Shown here piece after piece: positions 19,727 through 29,702 of a stretch of 64,000 nt of DNA. The notes below the pieces were generated by a model, which was not told the origin of the DNA, did no database searches, and saw only the letters and a program-made list of their open reading frames with translations. Position 1 is the stretch's first letter, and each line of letters opens with the position of its first letter. Source of the stretch: Candidatus Latescibacterota bacterium (GTDB taxonomy: Bacteria; Latescibacterota; UBA2968; UBA8231); assembly GCA_965208105.1 (NCBI GenBank), contig OZ242318.1, positions 3,968,001-4,032,000 on the forward strand, given 5' to 3'. The position numbers and the translations under genes are program-made.

Positions 19727-21208
19727 TCAGCCCTGTTGCCCCGCGGGGTCTGCTTCCCGAGGTGCAATCAGGGTGCCCGCGGCGCACCAGATCAGGTTGA
19801 GGGCAAGGCCGATAACCCCTGCGTGAAATCCCCATACCCTGGGGTGGCCCGCCCAGGTGAGGCCCAGGGCCACGACAAGCCCGGCCACCATGCCCCCCAG
19901 GACGGTGCGGGCGGAGAGCCTTCTCCAGTAGAGTCCCAGGAAGAAGCAGGGGACGATCTGAATGAGGAGCTCGAATTTGAGTTCCAGCAAGCGGATCAAG
20001 GTTTTTTCCGTTCCGATTGCAATCAGAACCAGGAGCGCGATGATGACCCAGGAGCACATCTTCCCCACCAGGGTCAACTCGGACTGGTTGCTCCGGGGTC
20101 TGATGTGAGCCTGGTAAATGTCCCGGGTGATCATGGAAGAGATGGACAGCAGGGCGGAGTCTGCCGTCGACATCAGGGCGGCCAGGATGGCGGCGAAGAC
20201 CACCACCACAAGCCAGTAGCCCAGGGTGGAATGGCTCATGACGAGGGCGCAGAGGCGCGCCAGCACCTGGTCGGTTTCTCCCCGCTCCAGCCCCGGAAGA
20301 ACGACGATGGCCACCATTCCGCAGACCAGGGCGATCAGGGTGGTGGTCAGCGGCATGAAGGCCATCAGGGCCAGAGACCGCTTCAACACTCGCAGGGACC
20401 TGCTGGCGTAGAGGCGCTGAATCGCCTGCGGGTAGATGGCTGCCCCGCAGCCCAGGAGAAAGACGTAGCTTATCCAGGTGTTGCATCCCTCCAGGGAGGG
20501 GACCTCCACCTTGGGGGGTTCGAGCTGGCCGACCTTCTCCACCACCGCGGTCAGTCCTCCTCCCATCGCGGGGATAGTGAAGAGCAGCAGCAGAAATCCG
20601 GTGAGAAGCACGAGGCCCTGTATGACGTCGGTCCACGCCACGCTGCGCATTCCTCCCAGCGTTTCGTAGACCACCATGATGATGGCCAGCCCCACGATTC
20701 CGTACTCGGAAGGCACCATTCCGTCGGTGATGCCCTCTACGGCAGCTCCCATGGCCTTCAGCTGGGCAAGAGTGTAGTTGCCCAGCGCGTAGATCATCAG
20801 GATGGTGCTGAGCAAGGTGAGGACGGGCGATTTGAAACGATGGGATATGTAGTCTCCCGGGGTGATGAAGTCCATCTTGCGCGCCAGCAGGACAAGCCTG
20901 GGAGCGAAGAGCATGTATCCCGCGATGATGGAGAACATGAAGAGGACCGAGACCGTCCATTCAAATCCGATGCGATAGGTCTTGCCCGTGTAGCCGAAGA
21001 GGGTATTGCCGCTGTACTGGGTGGCGTAGAGGGTGAGGAAGAGGACCAGGAAACCCATGGAACGGCCGGCCAGATAGAAATCGGCGAGTGTATTGCTCTT
21101 GCGCTTGAGGCGCCCGATCCAGCCGATGCCCAGCATGGACAGCAAATAGAGGCCAACGAGGACCAGTGCTCCAGTGCCGAAAACAAGTTGATCGGAGGAG
21201 GCTCCCAT
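19727..21208 (-). CDS. Sodium:solute symporter (SSS)
   Basis: DFYLAGRS, ATQYSGNT, GGMRSVAWTDVIQG, AALMSTADS. Confidence 0.93.
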   Translation of the reverse strand: MGASSDQLVFGTGALVLVGLYLLSMLGIGWIGRLKRKSNTLADFYLAGRSMGFLVLFLTLYATQYSGNTLFGYTGKTYRIGFEWTVSVLFMFSIIAGYMLFAPRLVLLARKMDFITPGDYISHRFKSPVLTLLSTILMIYALGNYTLAQLKAMGAAVEGITDGMVPSEYGIVGLAIIMVVYETLGGMRSVAWTDVIQGLVLLTGFLLLLFTIPAMGGGLTAVVEKVGQLEPPKVEVPSLEGCNTWISYVFLLGCGAAIYPQAIQRLYASRSLRVLKRSLALMAFMPLTTTLIALVCGMVAIVVLPGLERGETDQVLARLCALVMSHSTLGYWLVVVVFAAILAALMSTADSALLSISSMITRDIYQAHIRPRSNQSELTLVGKMCSWVIIALLVLIAIGTEKTLIRLLELKFELLIQIVPCFFLGLYWRRLSARTVLGGMVAGLVVALGLTWAGHPRVWGFHAGVIGLALNLIWCAAGTLIAPREADPAGQQG

Positions 21209-21459
21209 CACACCTCTCCTCCCCGGTCCCGCCAGTAGTGGGCGATGACCCAGGCGGTCCAGCAGGCCAGGAGCAGAACCGCGGACAAGGTGACCACCAC
21301 CCAGAGCGGGAATCCGGCTACCAGCGGCCCGCGGTACCCTGCGGGCCAGTACCAGGGGATGGCGATTGCGTAGAGCAGAAGGTAGACCAGCCACACCCAG
21401 CGGACCTTGCGCGGCTCTCTGACGAGCTCTTCGTACTCGTTCTTCATTTGACCGGTCAT
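21208..21459 (-). CDS. Small 2-TM SSS accessory protein (DUF3311-like)
   Basis: IAIPWYWP...GFPLW; two TM segments; stop overlaps the symporter start. Confidence 0.75.
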   Translation of the reverse strand: MTGQMKNEYEELVREPRKVRWVWLVYLLLYAIAIPWYWPAGYRGPLVAGFPLWVVVTLSAVLLLACWTAWVIAHYWRDRGGEV

Positions 21460-21660
21460 GGTAAGTTCTCCTGTCGAAATGGCCGTCCGAAAATTTCCCT
21501 GCCGCAAGGAATTGGAGCCGCAGGCAACCGTTGCAGGCCGCCTGTCTCCGGCCCGAATCCGGCCCAGCCCTTTTCCCCTCGAGACGGCTTCGGGCTCTTC
21601 CCTTGTAATTCCATGGCCCGAATAATTAATTTGGCATTGGATTTCATCCGGACGGGCTTC

Positions 21661-23508
21661 ATGGAAGCAGCTATTCCGCAGAACAGCCTGGTACTCTACA
21701 AAAAACAGCCCGCCTGCGTCAAGCGTTGCCGGGACAAGCTGGAAATCCTGTTGCCGCAGGGGAAGATACTCAGGGTGCGTCCCAAGGACGTGATTCTCCT
21801 GCACCCCGGTCCCGTGTCCAGCCTCGACCAGCTCCAGCCCCGGGCCGGTGAGGTGAAGACAGCCTGGGAGCTTCTCGAGGGCGGCATGACCACTCTGGCC
21901 GATTTGGCCGAGCTGGCCTATGGAGCCTTCACCCCGGCCACGGCCTGGTCGGCATGGCAGCTGCTCGAGGACGGCCTCTACTTCCGCGGGTCTCCCGGGC
22001 GGATCAGGGCATGCACGGCACAGGAGGTGGACCGGGAGGAGGACCGGCGCAGGACCCGCGCCGCCCTGGAGAAAGCCCGCGGCGCATTCCTGGACCGGGT
22101 TCGCGCCGGCAGGATAGTTGCAGCTGATGGGCCCTGCCTCGTAGACGTGGAGCGACTGGCCCTGGGGCGCAGCGGCAAGAGCCGGGTCCTGCGCGAACTG
22201 GGACGCAGGGAAGATCCTGAAAATGCCCACTCCCTGCTGCTGGAATTGAGGTACTGGGACGAAGGAGTCAACCCCTATCCACAACGCTTCGGCCTGCCTT
22301 CGACAGGACCCGAGGTGGAGCTGCCTCTCCTGCCCCGGGAGGAACGCCTGGACCTTACCCACCTGCCGGCCTTCGCGATTGACGACGAGGACAGCCGCCA
22401 CCCGGACGATGCTCTGAGCCTTGAGGGCAACCGTCTCTGGGTCCACGTGGCCGATGTCGCTGCCCTGGTTCGACCGGGCAGTGCGGCGGACCTGGAAGCG
22501 CGCCGGCGAGGCTTCAATCTCTACCTCCCCGAGGAGACCGTGCCCATGCTCCCGCCTCGCGCTGCAGCGGCTGTGGCCCTGGGGTTGGACGCGGTTTCGC
22601 CAGCGCTCTCGTTTGGATTGGACCTGGACTCGCAGGGCCGGGTGGTGGATGTGGAATTGGCTCCGAGCAAGGTGCGGGTCACTCGAATGACTTACGAGCA
22701 GGCCCAGGCCCGAATTGCGCAGGAGCCCCTTCGAAGCCTCCACAGGCTATCGCGGTCCTCCCGGGAACGCCGTCTCTCGAAGAACGCCGTTTTCATCGAG
22801 TGGCCCGAGGTCAGGATTCTCCTGAACGACCACCGGGTGCGCATCCTTCCCATACCGGGTGTGGAGAGCCGGGACATGGTAGCCGAGGCCATGCTCATGG
22901 CCGGGGAGGCTGCAGCCCGCTTCGCCTTGGAACGCGGGATTCCATTTCCGTTCACGACTCAGGATTCGGCCGGGGAGGTGGATGAAATTCCCGACGGGTT
23001 GGCGGGCATGCGGGCCCGCCGCCTCACCCTCAGACGCAGCCGGTTCACGACCTCACCCCTCCCCCATGCAGGTCTCGGCCTGGACGCCTACGCCCAGGCT
23101 ACGAGCCCTCTGCGGCGCTACCTCGATCTTCTGGCGCACCAGCAGTTGCGCGCCTGCCTGAGCGGGGATGGGCCAATGGATGAGCAGGAGGTTTTGGAGC
23201 GCGTCGGCGCAGTCATGGCGGTATCTGACGGCGTGCGCAGGGCCGAGCGGCTCTCCGCCCGCCACTGGACCCTGGTCTTCCTGCTGCAAAACCCCGATTG
23301 GACCGGTGAGGGCATACTGGTTCACAGGCAAAATGGCCGCGGCATGGTGCTCATTCCTCGACTCGGCCTCGAAGTACCTGTTCATGTGAGCCGGGAACTT
23401 CCCCTGAACAGCTCCCTGCCCCTCGCCCTCGAGAGCGTCAATCTTGCCCGCCTCCAGGCCCGCTTCCGGCCGCTGGGCCGGAAAACGAACGGTCCCGGGG
23501 AGGGATAG
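21661..23508 (+). CDS. RNB-domain exoribonuclease (RNase II/R family)
   Basis: AIDDEDSRHPDDALS, VHVADV, HAGLGL..Y.QATSPLRRYLDL. Confidence 0.92.
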   Translation: MEAAIPQNSLVLYKKQPACVKRCRDKLEILLPQGKILRVRPKDVILLHPGPVSSLDQLQPRAGEVKTAWELLEGGMTTLADLAELAYGAFTPATAWSAWQLLEDGLYFRGSPGRIRACTAQEVDREEDRRRTRAALEKARGAFLDRVRAGRIVAADGPCLVDVERLALGRSGKSRVLRELGRREDPENAHSLLLELRYWDEGVNPYPQRFGLPSTGPEVELPLLPREERLDLTHLPAFAIDDEDSRHPDDALSLEGNRLWVHVADVAALVRPGSAADLEARRRGFNLYLPEETVPMLPPRAAAAVALGLDAVSPALSFGLDLDSQGRVVDVELAPSKVRVTRMTYEQAQARIAQEPLRSLHRLSRSSRERRLSKNAVFIEWPEVRILLNDHRVRILPIPGVESRDMVAEAMLMAGEAAARFALERGIPFPFTTQDSAGEVDEIPDGLAGMRARRLTLRRSRFTTSPLPHAGLGLDAYAQATSPLRRYLDLLAHQQLRACLSGDGPMDEQEVLERVGAVMAVSDGVRRAERLSARHWTLVFLLQNPDWTGEGILVHRQNGRGMVLIPRLGLEVPVHVSRELPLNSSLPLALESVNLARLQARFRPLGRKTNGPGEG

Positions 23509-23549
23509 CTCCTGGTGAAGATTTGCTCATCCGTTCCCCGTCTGCAAAC

Positions 23550-23578
23550 TTGATGATTCGCCGGCACGGGGATACTAT
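23550..23578 (+). promoter_or_regulatory. Putative sigma-70 promoter
   Basis: TTGATG-17 nt-TACTAT, 60 nt upstream of the PhyH start. Confidence 0.5.
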
Positions 23579-23637
23579 ATCAGGTGCTGAGGAGATCCAT
23601 TCCTGCGCTCCGCCCCTTGCGCGGGACCGAACTGGTG

Positions 23638-24417
23638 ATGATTGAACCAGAGCAGAAGTCATACTTCGAAACCTTCGGATTCATTCACCTCCCAAGGCAG
23701 TTCTCCGGAGAAGAAATGGAGACTCTCTCGAGCGAAGCCGACCGGCTGTGGCAGGAGGACCGCGGCGGACCATTTGCCGGGAGGACCCACAATATCCAGG
23801 AGTTCGTCGAAAAAAGCCCTGTCCTCACCCGGTTCGTCGTTGACGACAGGATCTGCGGAACGGTCGAGGACCTTCTGGGGTCGCGGTTTCTCTGGAACGG
23901 CTCCGAGGGCAATCAGACCGCCCATCAGGAGCACCGCTGGCACACCGACCGGCCCGGCGAACCTCACGCAACCACCTACAGCTTCCATCTTTACCTGGAC
24001 CCGGTCAGGGCGGATACGGGTTGCCTGCGGGTTATACCTGGATCCCACAGACCCCCAATGTACAATGCTCTCTCCTCCATCAACGCGCAGAAAGCGGACA
24101 GCACCCTGACAACCTATGGGCTCGATGGGACCGCCATGCCGTACCATGCACTGGAGTCCGACCCGGGAGATGTTGTTTTTTTCAACCAGAAGATCTACCA
24201 CGGGGTCTACGGCGGCCGGGCGGGCAGGCGCTTCATCAAGCTCAGGTTCGTCAAGCGTCCACGAACGAGCGAGCAGATCGCCTCGTTGATGCGCTACAAC
24301 AGGAGAAATCGCATCTACCGTGCAGATGATGCATTCCTCAACAGCGAGCACCCGCGAATAAGGGCTATGGTCGACCCATTGCTGGAACTCGAGCAGCATA
24401 CCCGAGGCTGGATTTGA
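23638..24417 (+). CDS. PhyH family dioxygenase
   Basis: FETFGF, WHTD (HxD), GCLRVIPGSH, PGDVVFF...HG. Confidence 0.9.
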   Translation: MIEPEQKSYFETFGFIHLPRQFSGEEMETLSSEADRLWQEDRGGPFAGRTHNIQEFVEKSPVLTRFVVDDRICGTVEDLLGSRFLWNGSEGNQTAHQEHRWHTDRPGEPHATTYSFHLYLDPVRADTGCLRVIPGSHRPPMYNALSSINAQKADSTLTTYGLDGTAMPYHALESDPGDVVFFNQKIYHGVYGGRAGRRFIKLRFVKRPRTSEQIASLMRYNRRNRIYRADDAFLNSEHPRIRAMVDPLLELEQHTRGWI

Positions 24418-24552
24418 TCATGGACCGAGCCGGCGGGGCAGATCTCTCTCCCCATCCGGAGGGCGGGAGATAATTTTATTTTTTGAGTCCAACTATGGGG
24501 GAGGATTGAGTATATTATGTGCAAATCAACCTTAAACCTGGAGACTCCCGCC

Positions 24553-25941
24553 ATGACGATTTCCCGCCGCTACTTCATGCGCACTGCCGCAGCGACATTC
24601 GCAGGGTTTTCCGGCCTTCATCAGCTCGTGACATACGCCTACTCCGAGGCACCCAGCGCAGAGGCTGCAACGGAGGGGTTCGGCCCTCTTAACCTCGATC
24701 CCGATGAGATCCTGGATCTTCCCCCCGGCTTTACCTATCGCGTTGTTTCGCGTGTGGGAGATTCCATGGTGAACGGTCTTCTGGTTCCCGGGGCCCAGGA
24801 CGGCATGGCGGCCTTTCCCGGTCCCCAGGGCAAGACAATTCTGGTCTGCAATCACGAACTCACCACCGGTTCGAACAGGGGACCCTTTGGCGAGGGCAAC
24901 GAGCTGCTCTCGCGGCTCGATCCCGCAATGCTGTACGACTCAGGTGGAGGAGAGGACCCCTGTCACGGAGGCACCACCACCATGGTTTACGACCCCGAAA
25001 CCGGAATGGTCGAAAGACAGTGGTTGAGCCTCGCCGGTACCGTGCGCAACTGCGCCGGCGGACTCACCCCTTGGAACTCATGGATCACCTGTGAAGAGAC
25101 CACCCAGAGGGCAGAGGATTCATTCGAGCAGGACCACGGCTACAATTTCGAGGTTCCGGCCACGCTTCATCCGCCGTCCGTCCCACCCCAAGCTCTCAAA
25201 TCCATGGGCCGCTTCAACCACGAGGCTGTGTCGGTGGATCCGGCCTCCGGAATCGTCTACCAGACGGAGGACCGAGGCGATGGCCTCATCTATCGATTCG
25301 TTCCTCTCAACCCCGGCCGCCTGACCGAAGGAGGCCGGCTCCAGGCCCTCGTGGTCCGCGAGCGCAAGCAACTGGATACCCGCAACTGGACCGAGAGACT
25401 CGTCTCCCCGAACGTGTCCATGGAGGTGGAGTGGATCGATGTCGAAAACGTGGAATCACCCGAGGACGATCTGCGCATACAGGGATTCAGCAACGGAGCC
25501 GCCCGATTTTCCCGCGGCGAGGGCATGTGGTACGGCCGCGGGGCGGTGTACTTCGTATGCACCGATGGAGGAAGTGCGCGCAAGGGCCAAGTCTGGCGCT
25601 ACATCCCGAGTCCGCACGAAGGCCGCCCGGAGGAAGAAAGTTCTCCGGGAAGCTTGGACCTGTTCATCGAGCCCAACGATGGAAACCTGATCGACAATGC
25701 CGACAACCTGACCGTATCGCCCTGGGGCGACCTGATATGCTGCGAGGACGGCCCCGACACCCAGTACATGGCGGGTGTTACCCCCGAAGGCAGGATCTAC
25801 AAGCTCGCGCGCAATGGAATGAACCAGTCCGAGTTCGCCGGCGCCACCTTCTCCGCGGACGGGTCCACCCTGTTCGTCAATATTCAGAACCCGGGCCTGA
25901 CCCTGGCCATCTCGGGACCCTGGCCAGGTGTCGGGGGCTGA
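24553..25941 (+). CDS. PhoX-type alkaline phosphatase (DUF839), Tat-exported
   Basis: SRRYF Tat motif, CNHE, NCAGG.TPW.SWITCEE, GRFNHEA, EDRGDG, DN, CED, EFAG, NIQ.PG. Confidence 0.9.
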   Translation: MTISRRYFMRTAAATFAGFSGLHQLVTYAYSEAPSAEAATEGFGPLNLDPDEILDLPPGFTYRVVSRVGDSMVNGLLVPGAQDGMAAFPGPQGKTILVCNHELTTGSNRGPFGEGNELLSRLDPAMLYDSGGGEDPCHGGTTTMVYDPETGMVERQWLSLAGTVRNCAGGLTPWNSWITCEETTQRAEDSFEQDHGYNFEVPATLHPPSVPPQALKSMGRFNHEAVSVDPASGIVYQTEDRGDGLIYRFVPLNPGRLTEGGRLQALVVRERKQLDTRNWTERLVSPNVSMEVEWIDVENVESPEDDLRIQGFSNGAARFSRGEGMWYGRGAVYFVCTDGGSARKGQVWRYIPSPHEGRPEEESSPGSLDLFIEPNDGNLIDNADNLTVSPWGDLICCEDGPDTQYMAGVTPEGRIYKLARNGMNQSEFAGATFSADGSTLFVNIQNPGLTLAISGPWPGVGG

Positions 25942-25996
25942 TTCAGGCAACGGTTGCGGATTCATTCAAGTTCTCTCCGCGCCACCCGGATACCGA

Positions 25997-26025
25997 TTGA
26001 CAGCCAAAAGGCCATGGAGTATAGT
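25997..26025 (+). promoter_or_regulatory. Sigma-70 promoter
   Basis: TTGACA-17 nt-TATAGT upstream of 26100. Confidence 0.7.
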
Positions 26026-26099
26026 TAGGTCTCTACCATAATCCCCTGAGTCTTTCCCACCTGGGCCTGTTCAACGGCCCTACTCAAAGGAGGACGAAA

Positions 26100-26537
26100 A
26101 TGGCTATTCCCCTGATCAGTTCCGACCTCGCCGGTCCGCTTGGCGCCATCCATCTCCCCCGTCTGTGGTCCAAGGTGCTCCTCAGTGCCAAGGGTCAATT
26201 GGAAGATGGCTACGACGAGTGCGGAATGGGCTTCGACCAGATGGTCCTCGACGGCCTGGGAATCGATCGCGATTCTGCCGTTAGCTACATCAAGGGCAAT
26301 CTGCCTACCTATCCCCAATTTGAAAGTTGGGTTCTGGCGCAGCGCGGCGGCAGCATTCCCCAGGCGGAAATCGACAGCTCCAACGCCGCAATCCGTGGCT
26401 ACAATCACGACGACGATACTCGCGGAAGTATCCTCTCCGCGGCGGGAGTCGACGACGACGGATCGATCCTGGACGCGGTCAATCTCAACAACCTCGACGA
26501 CTGGACCGAACTGCACACTTCGGTAGCTGGTGGCTAG
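26100..26537 (+). CDS. DUF5069-like protein
   Basis: Strong SD AAGGAGG; HLPRLW.K, GFDQMVL..LGID, NLDDW pattern. Confidence 0.65.
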   Translation: MAIPLISSDLAGPLGAIHLPRLWSKVLLSAKGQLEDGYDECGMGFDQMVLDGLGIDRDSAVSYIKGNLPTYPQFESWVLAQRGGSIPQAEIDSSNAAIRGYNHDDDTRGSILSAAGVDDDGSILDAVNLNNLDDWTELHTSVAGG

Positions 26538-26604
26538 TACCGGGACCAGCCCTCAGGGCCTGCCGTGAAATTCCGGTGACAGGCCATTATAGAACCCCCA
26601 TCGC

Positions 26605-26654
26605 AGCCGGTGGAGCCGCCATAGCTCAGCAATTGGGTGGCGGCTCCACCGGCT
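26605..26654. terminator. 17-bp perfect inverted repeat between convergent genes (terminator or REP-like)
   Basis: AGCCGGTGGAGCCGCCA / TGGCGGCTCCACCGGCT with a 16-nt loop; no U-tract. Confidence 0.5.
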
Positions 26655-26900
26655 CGCCGCCATGGCCAGGTTAGGAGAGATGCCCCTCCCGTTTCCCGGG
26701 CAGCCGGGGTCCCTTCTACTGGTTCTGGATGGAACCCACCCTCGCAAGCTGCCTCCTGCCTTCAACTGCACTGGAGATCGCCCCTGTCCTTCCACGGGCA
26801 GGTACCATACCGGTCCCGATTTTTCCGTTGCGAAGCTCGGAACCATCATCGACTGAATTCGCATTCGTCGAGAGACCGGGCAGTACCGGCCGCGAGAAAA

Positions 26901-27935
26901 TCAGTTCCCCTCTTGCCAGACTTCCGTGAAAATGCGCATCCAGTTGCCTCCCAGAACCTTTTCAATGTCCCGGGCAGGATAGCCGCGATCGAGCAGTGCC
27001 TCGGCCAGATGGGGGAATTCGGCGGGGGATGACATTCCTTTCGGCTGGAATGGAAGCTCATCGTAGGGCAGGGAAGGATTGGCGAAGGTGGAGGGGTACT
27101 TGGTGCCCTGCTGGGAAGTGATGTAGTGCCAGAAAGACAGAGGCTGGTCCTGGGTGGAGTCGGTCCCCACCGCCACGTGGTCGATGCCGATGCGCTGCAC
27201 CAGGTCGTCGATGGCGTCGACGAAGTCCTCGACGGTGGATTCGAATTGAGGAGGCAGGAATTGAGCAAAGGAAGTCGCTCCTACCATGCCATCCTTTTCT
27301 GCCAGCGCCTTGAGCACCTCGTCGGTTTTATTGCGGCGGTGGTCGCAGAAGGCGCGCGCGTTGGCATGGGTGATGGCCACCGGCTTGTCCGAGACCTCGA
27401 TGGCCTCCAGTGAGGTCCGGTCGCCCACGTGGGACAGGTCGATCAGGATTCCCAGCTCGTTCATTTGCCGCACCGCATCGACGCCGAAGTTGCTCAGACC
27501 CTCGTCGCGGCGCTCCCAGCAGCCATTGCCCAGGAGATTGCGCTCGTGGTAGGTGAGCTGAATGATGCGAACGCCGAGGGCGTGGAAGAGGGCGAGCCGA
27601 TCGAGGTCGTTCTCGATGGGAGACGCGTTCTGGAAGCTGAGAATAATACCCGTCCTGTCGGTTTCCTTGGCGGCAAGGATATCGGCGGTGTTGTGGATCT
27701 GCATGAAGTCGCCGCGCTCGCGGAATCGGCGTTGCCATGCGGAGAGGTGGTCCATGGTCTCGAGAAAGTTCTCCCAAACCGCGACGGTGGCACTTACCGC
27801 GGTGAGCTTGCCTGCGCGAAGGCTGTCGAAGACGGCCGGGCTGTTCCAGTTGCTCACATTGAGACCGTCGATGACGATGGCCCGGTCGTAAATTCCCCGC
27901 GCTTTTTCCACTACTTCTGAGGCTCGGCGATCCAT
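26901..27935 (-). CDS. Membrane dipeptidase (peptidase M19)
   Basis: VRIIQLTY, GLSNFG, IDLSHVG, THAN, RNKTD, VGTD, LGGNWMR. Confidence 0.92.
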   Translation of the reverse strand: MDRRASEVVEKARGIYDRAIVIDGLNVSNWNSPAVFDSLRAGKLTAVSATVAVWENFLETMDHLSAWQRRFRERGDFMQIHNTADILAAKETDRTGIILSFQNASPIENDLDRLALFHALGVRIIQLTYHERNLLGNGCWERRDEGLSNFGVDAVRQMNELGILIDLSHVGDRTSLEAIEVSDKPVAITHANARAFCDHRRNKTDEVLKALAEKDGMVGATSFAQFLPPQFESTVEDFVDAIDDLVQRIGIDHVAVGTDSTQDQPLSFWHYITSQQGTKYPSTFANPSLPYDELPFQPKGMSSPAEFPHLAEALLDRGYPARDIEKVLGGNWMRIFTEVWQEGN

Positions 27936-28349
27936 AAACTCAACCTTGATTTGGGGGCGGTATGTCGAATTGAAAGGTCCATTCACCGGACCTGGCACGA
28001 GGGGCGGGATCCGGCAGCCGACCGAGTCCCCTGCGCCGGGGTGAACCGGGGAAACCAGGCCGAGGTTCTGCCAGATAACCGGCCCGGTCTCCATCTAAAA
28101 TTTAAACCAATTTCCCATTCAGTCCACGGGCTGGGAGACAACCGCAGGAATTGTCCGGATTCTCCGATGGCCGAATTCCATCTCACCCTGGGAAGGTGCG
28201 CCTTACGGTCGGAGGGTTGACCACTACTGCAGCAATGCCTTAATTCGTTCTGCATGAACATCGGGAGTCCACCAAGATAGACACAGCCACCCTGGTACCT
28301 TCACCTCAACTCACCGCACGTTTTCTCAATACGAGAGACGAGGAATCTC

Positions 28350-29060
28350 ATGCAAGAAGCTCTACTGCAGTTACTGCACCTGCAGGAAGTAGATCTGGAA
28401 CTGAGAGACCTGGAAAAAGCTCGCGACCAGTACCCCGCGGAAATTGATCAGCGCCAAAACGAAATCAAACGCGTCACTTCGACCCTGGAAGGGCTGAAAG
28501 ACAGCGCAGAAGATCTGGCCAAAAAACACCGTCAGCTCGAACGCGAACTGGAAGATTCCAAGACCAGCCTGAAACAACACGAGGAGCGGTTTGCCGTCGT
28601 TACGACCAACAAGGAATACGATGCCTTGCAGCTCGAGATCGAAGCCTGCAAGGCGGGAATTTCCGTGCGTGAGACCCAGATCCTCGAAATAATCGAAACT
28701 GCGGAAGACCTGCAGGAACAGATCGAGGCGGAAAAGCAGGGTGTTGAAGAGGTATGCCAGGAACAACAGTCCCGAATCGATGAACTCCAATCGACCCTGG
28801 GAACTCTTCAGCAGGAAATCGATGGTGTAATGGCGCGGCGCGAAGCTACGAGCCGGGACATCGGTGCCGACTTGTTGAGGGTTTACAACCGCCGCCGCAA
28901 GAGCACCGGGGTGAGCGTAGCCGCCGTCAGGAAGGGAGCCTGCGGCGCTTGTTTCATGCAGATGCCTGCGCAGCAGAAGACCAATGTCCGGCGCAACGAT
29001 CGGATCAACTTTTGCGAGAACTGCGGATCGATTCTGGTCTGGGATGACAAATCGGATTAA
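28350..29060 (+). CDS. Coiled-coil protein with C4 zinc ribbon (zf-RING_7/CT398-like)
   Basis: LQEVD, long coiled coil, TNKEY, CGAC...CENCG.IL. This family often lies next to rnpB. Confidence 0.9.
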   Translation: MQEALLQLLHLQEVDLELRDLEKARDQYPAEIDQRQNEIKRVTSTLEGLKDSAEDLAKKHRQLERELEDSKTSLKQHEERFAVVTTNKEYDALQLEIEACKAGISVRETQILEIIETAEDLQEQIEAEKQGVEEVCQEQQSRIDELQSTLGTLQQEIDGVMARREATSRDIGADLLRVYNRRRKSTGVSVAAVRKGACGACFMQMPAQQKTNVRRNDRINFCENCGSILVWDDKSD

Positions 29061-29229
29061 TGTCTGCAGACTCCTGGTCAGGCTCGAATGGAGGATTCAG
29101 GAGCCTTCTGGTCTCGAGCGCGCCTCCGCCAGGGTTGCCGGCCGGGCAAGCCGGTTCTGGGGAGCCGGAATGGCGAGACCGCCCGATCGATTATGACCTG
29201 GCGCGCAGGCACAGGCTCTGAGCCAGTCG

Positions 29230-29603
29230 GGAGTGGGTCGGGCGATCGCGCCATCCGGCCATTTCATGGCCGGAGGTGAGGAAAGTCCGAGCTCCAAAGG
29301 ACGGGATGCTGGGTAATTCCCAGGAGGGGCGACCCTACAGAGAGTGCCACAGAAAACACACCGCCCGGGTCTTCAGACCTGGGTAAGGGTGAAAAGGCGA
29401 GGTAAGAGCTCACCGCGTTTCCGGCGACGGAAACGGCATGGTAAACCTCATCCGGAGCAAGGCCAAATAGGGGAAGAGAGGTGGTCCGCCTCGATATTAT
29501 TCCCGGGTAGGCCGCAAGGAGGCATGCGGGCAACCGCTGCCCAAGATGAATGATCGCCCCGCACGATAGCTCGCGGACAGAACTCGGCTTACAGACCCAC
29601 TCC
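29230..29603 (+). ncRNA. rnpB: RNase P RNA (type A)
   Basis: GAGGAAAGTCCGAGCTC, AGTGCCACAGAAA, GGTAAAC, GAGCAAGGCCAAATAG, ACAGAACTCGGCTTA; P1 helix GGAGTGGGTC/GACCCACTCC. Confidence 0.97.
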
Positions 29604-29702
29604 TTCTTTCTTTTCTCGAAGTTTCCTCACCATATACTGCAGTACTGCGGGACTTCTACTGCAGGCGGCCATCTCAAGACTGGGGTTCATGGAGGTTCTG
29701 TA

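Noticed and set aside
24460-24552. Pho box upstream of the PhoX-like gene
   Set aside because: AT-rich, but no clear 11-bp-period direct repeats.
26615-26640. tRNA D-arm-like TAGCTCAG..TTGG in the hairpin loop
   Set aside because: No anticodon or T arm follows.
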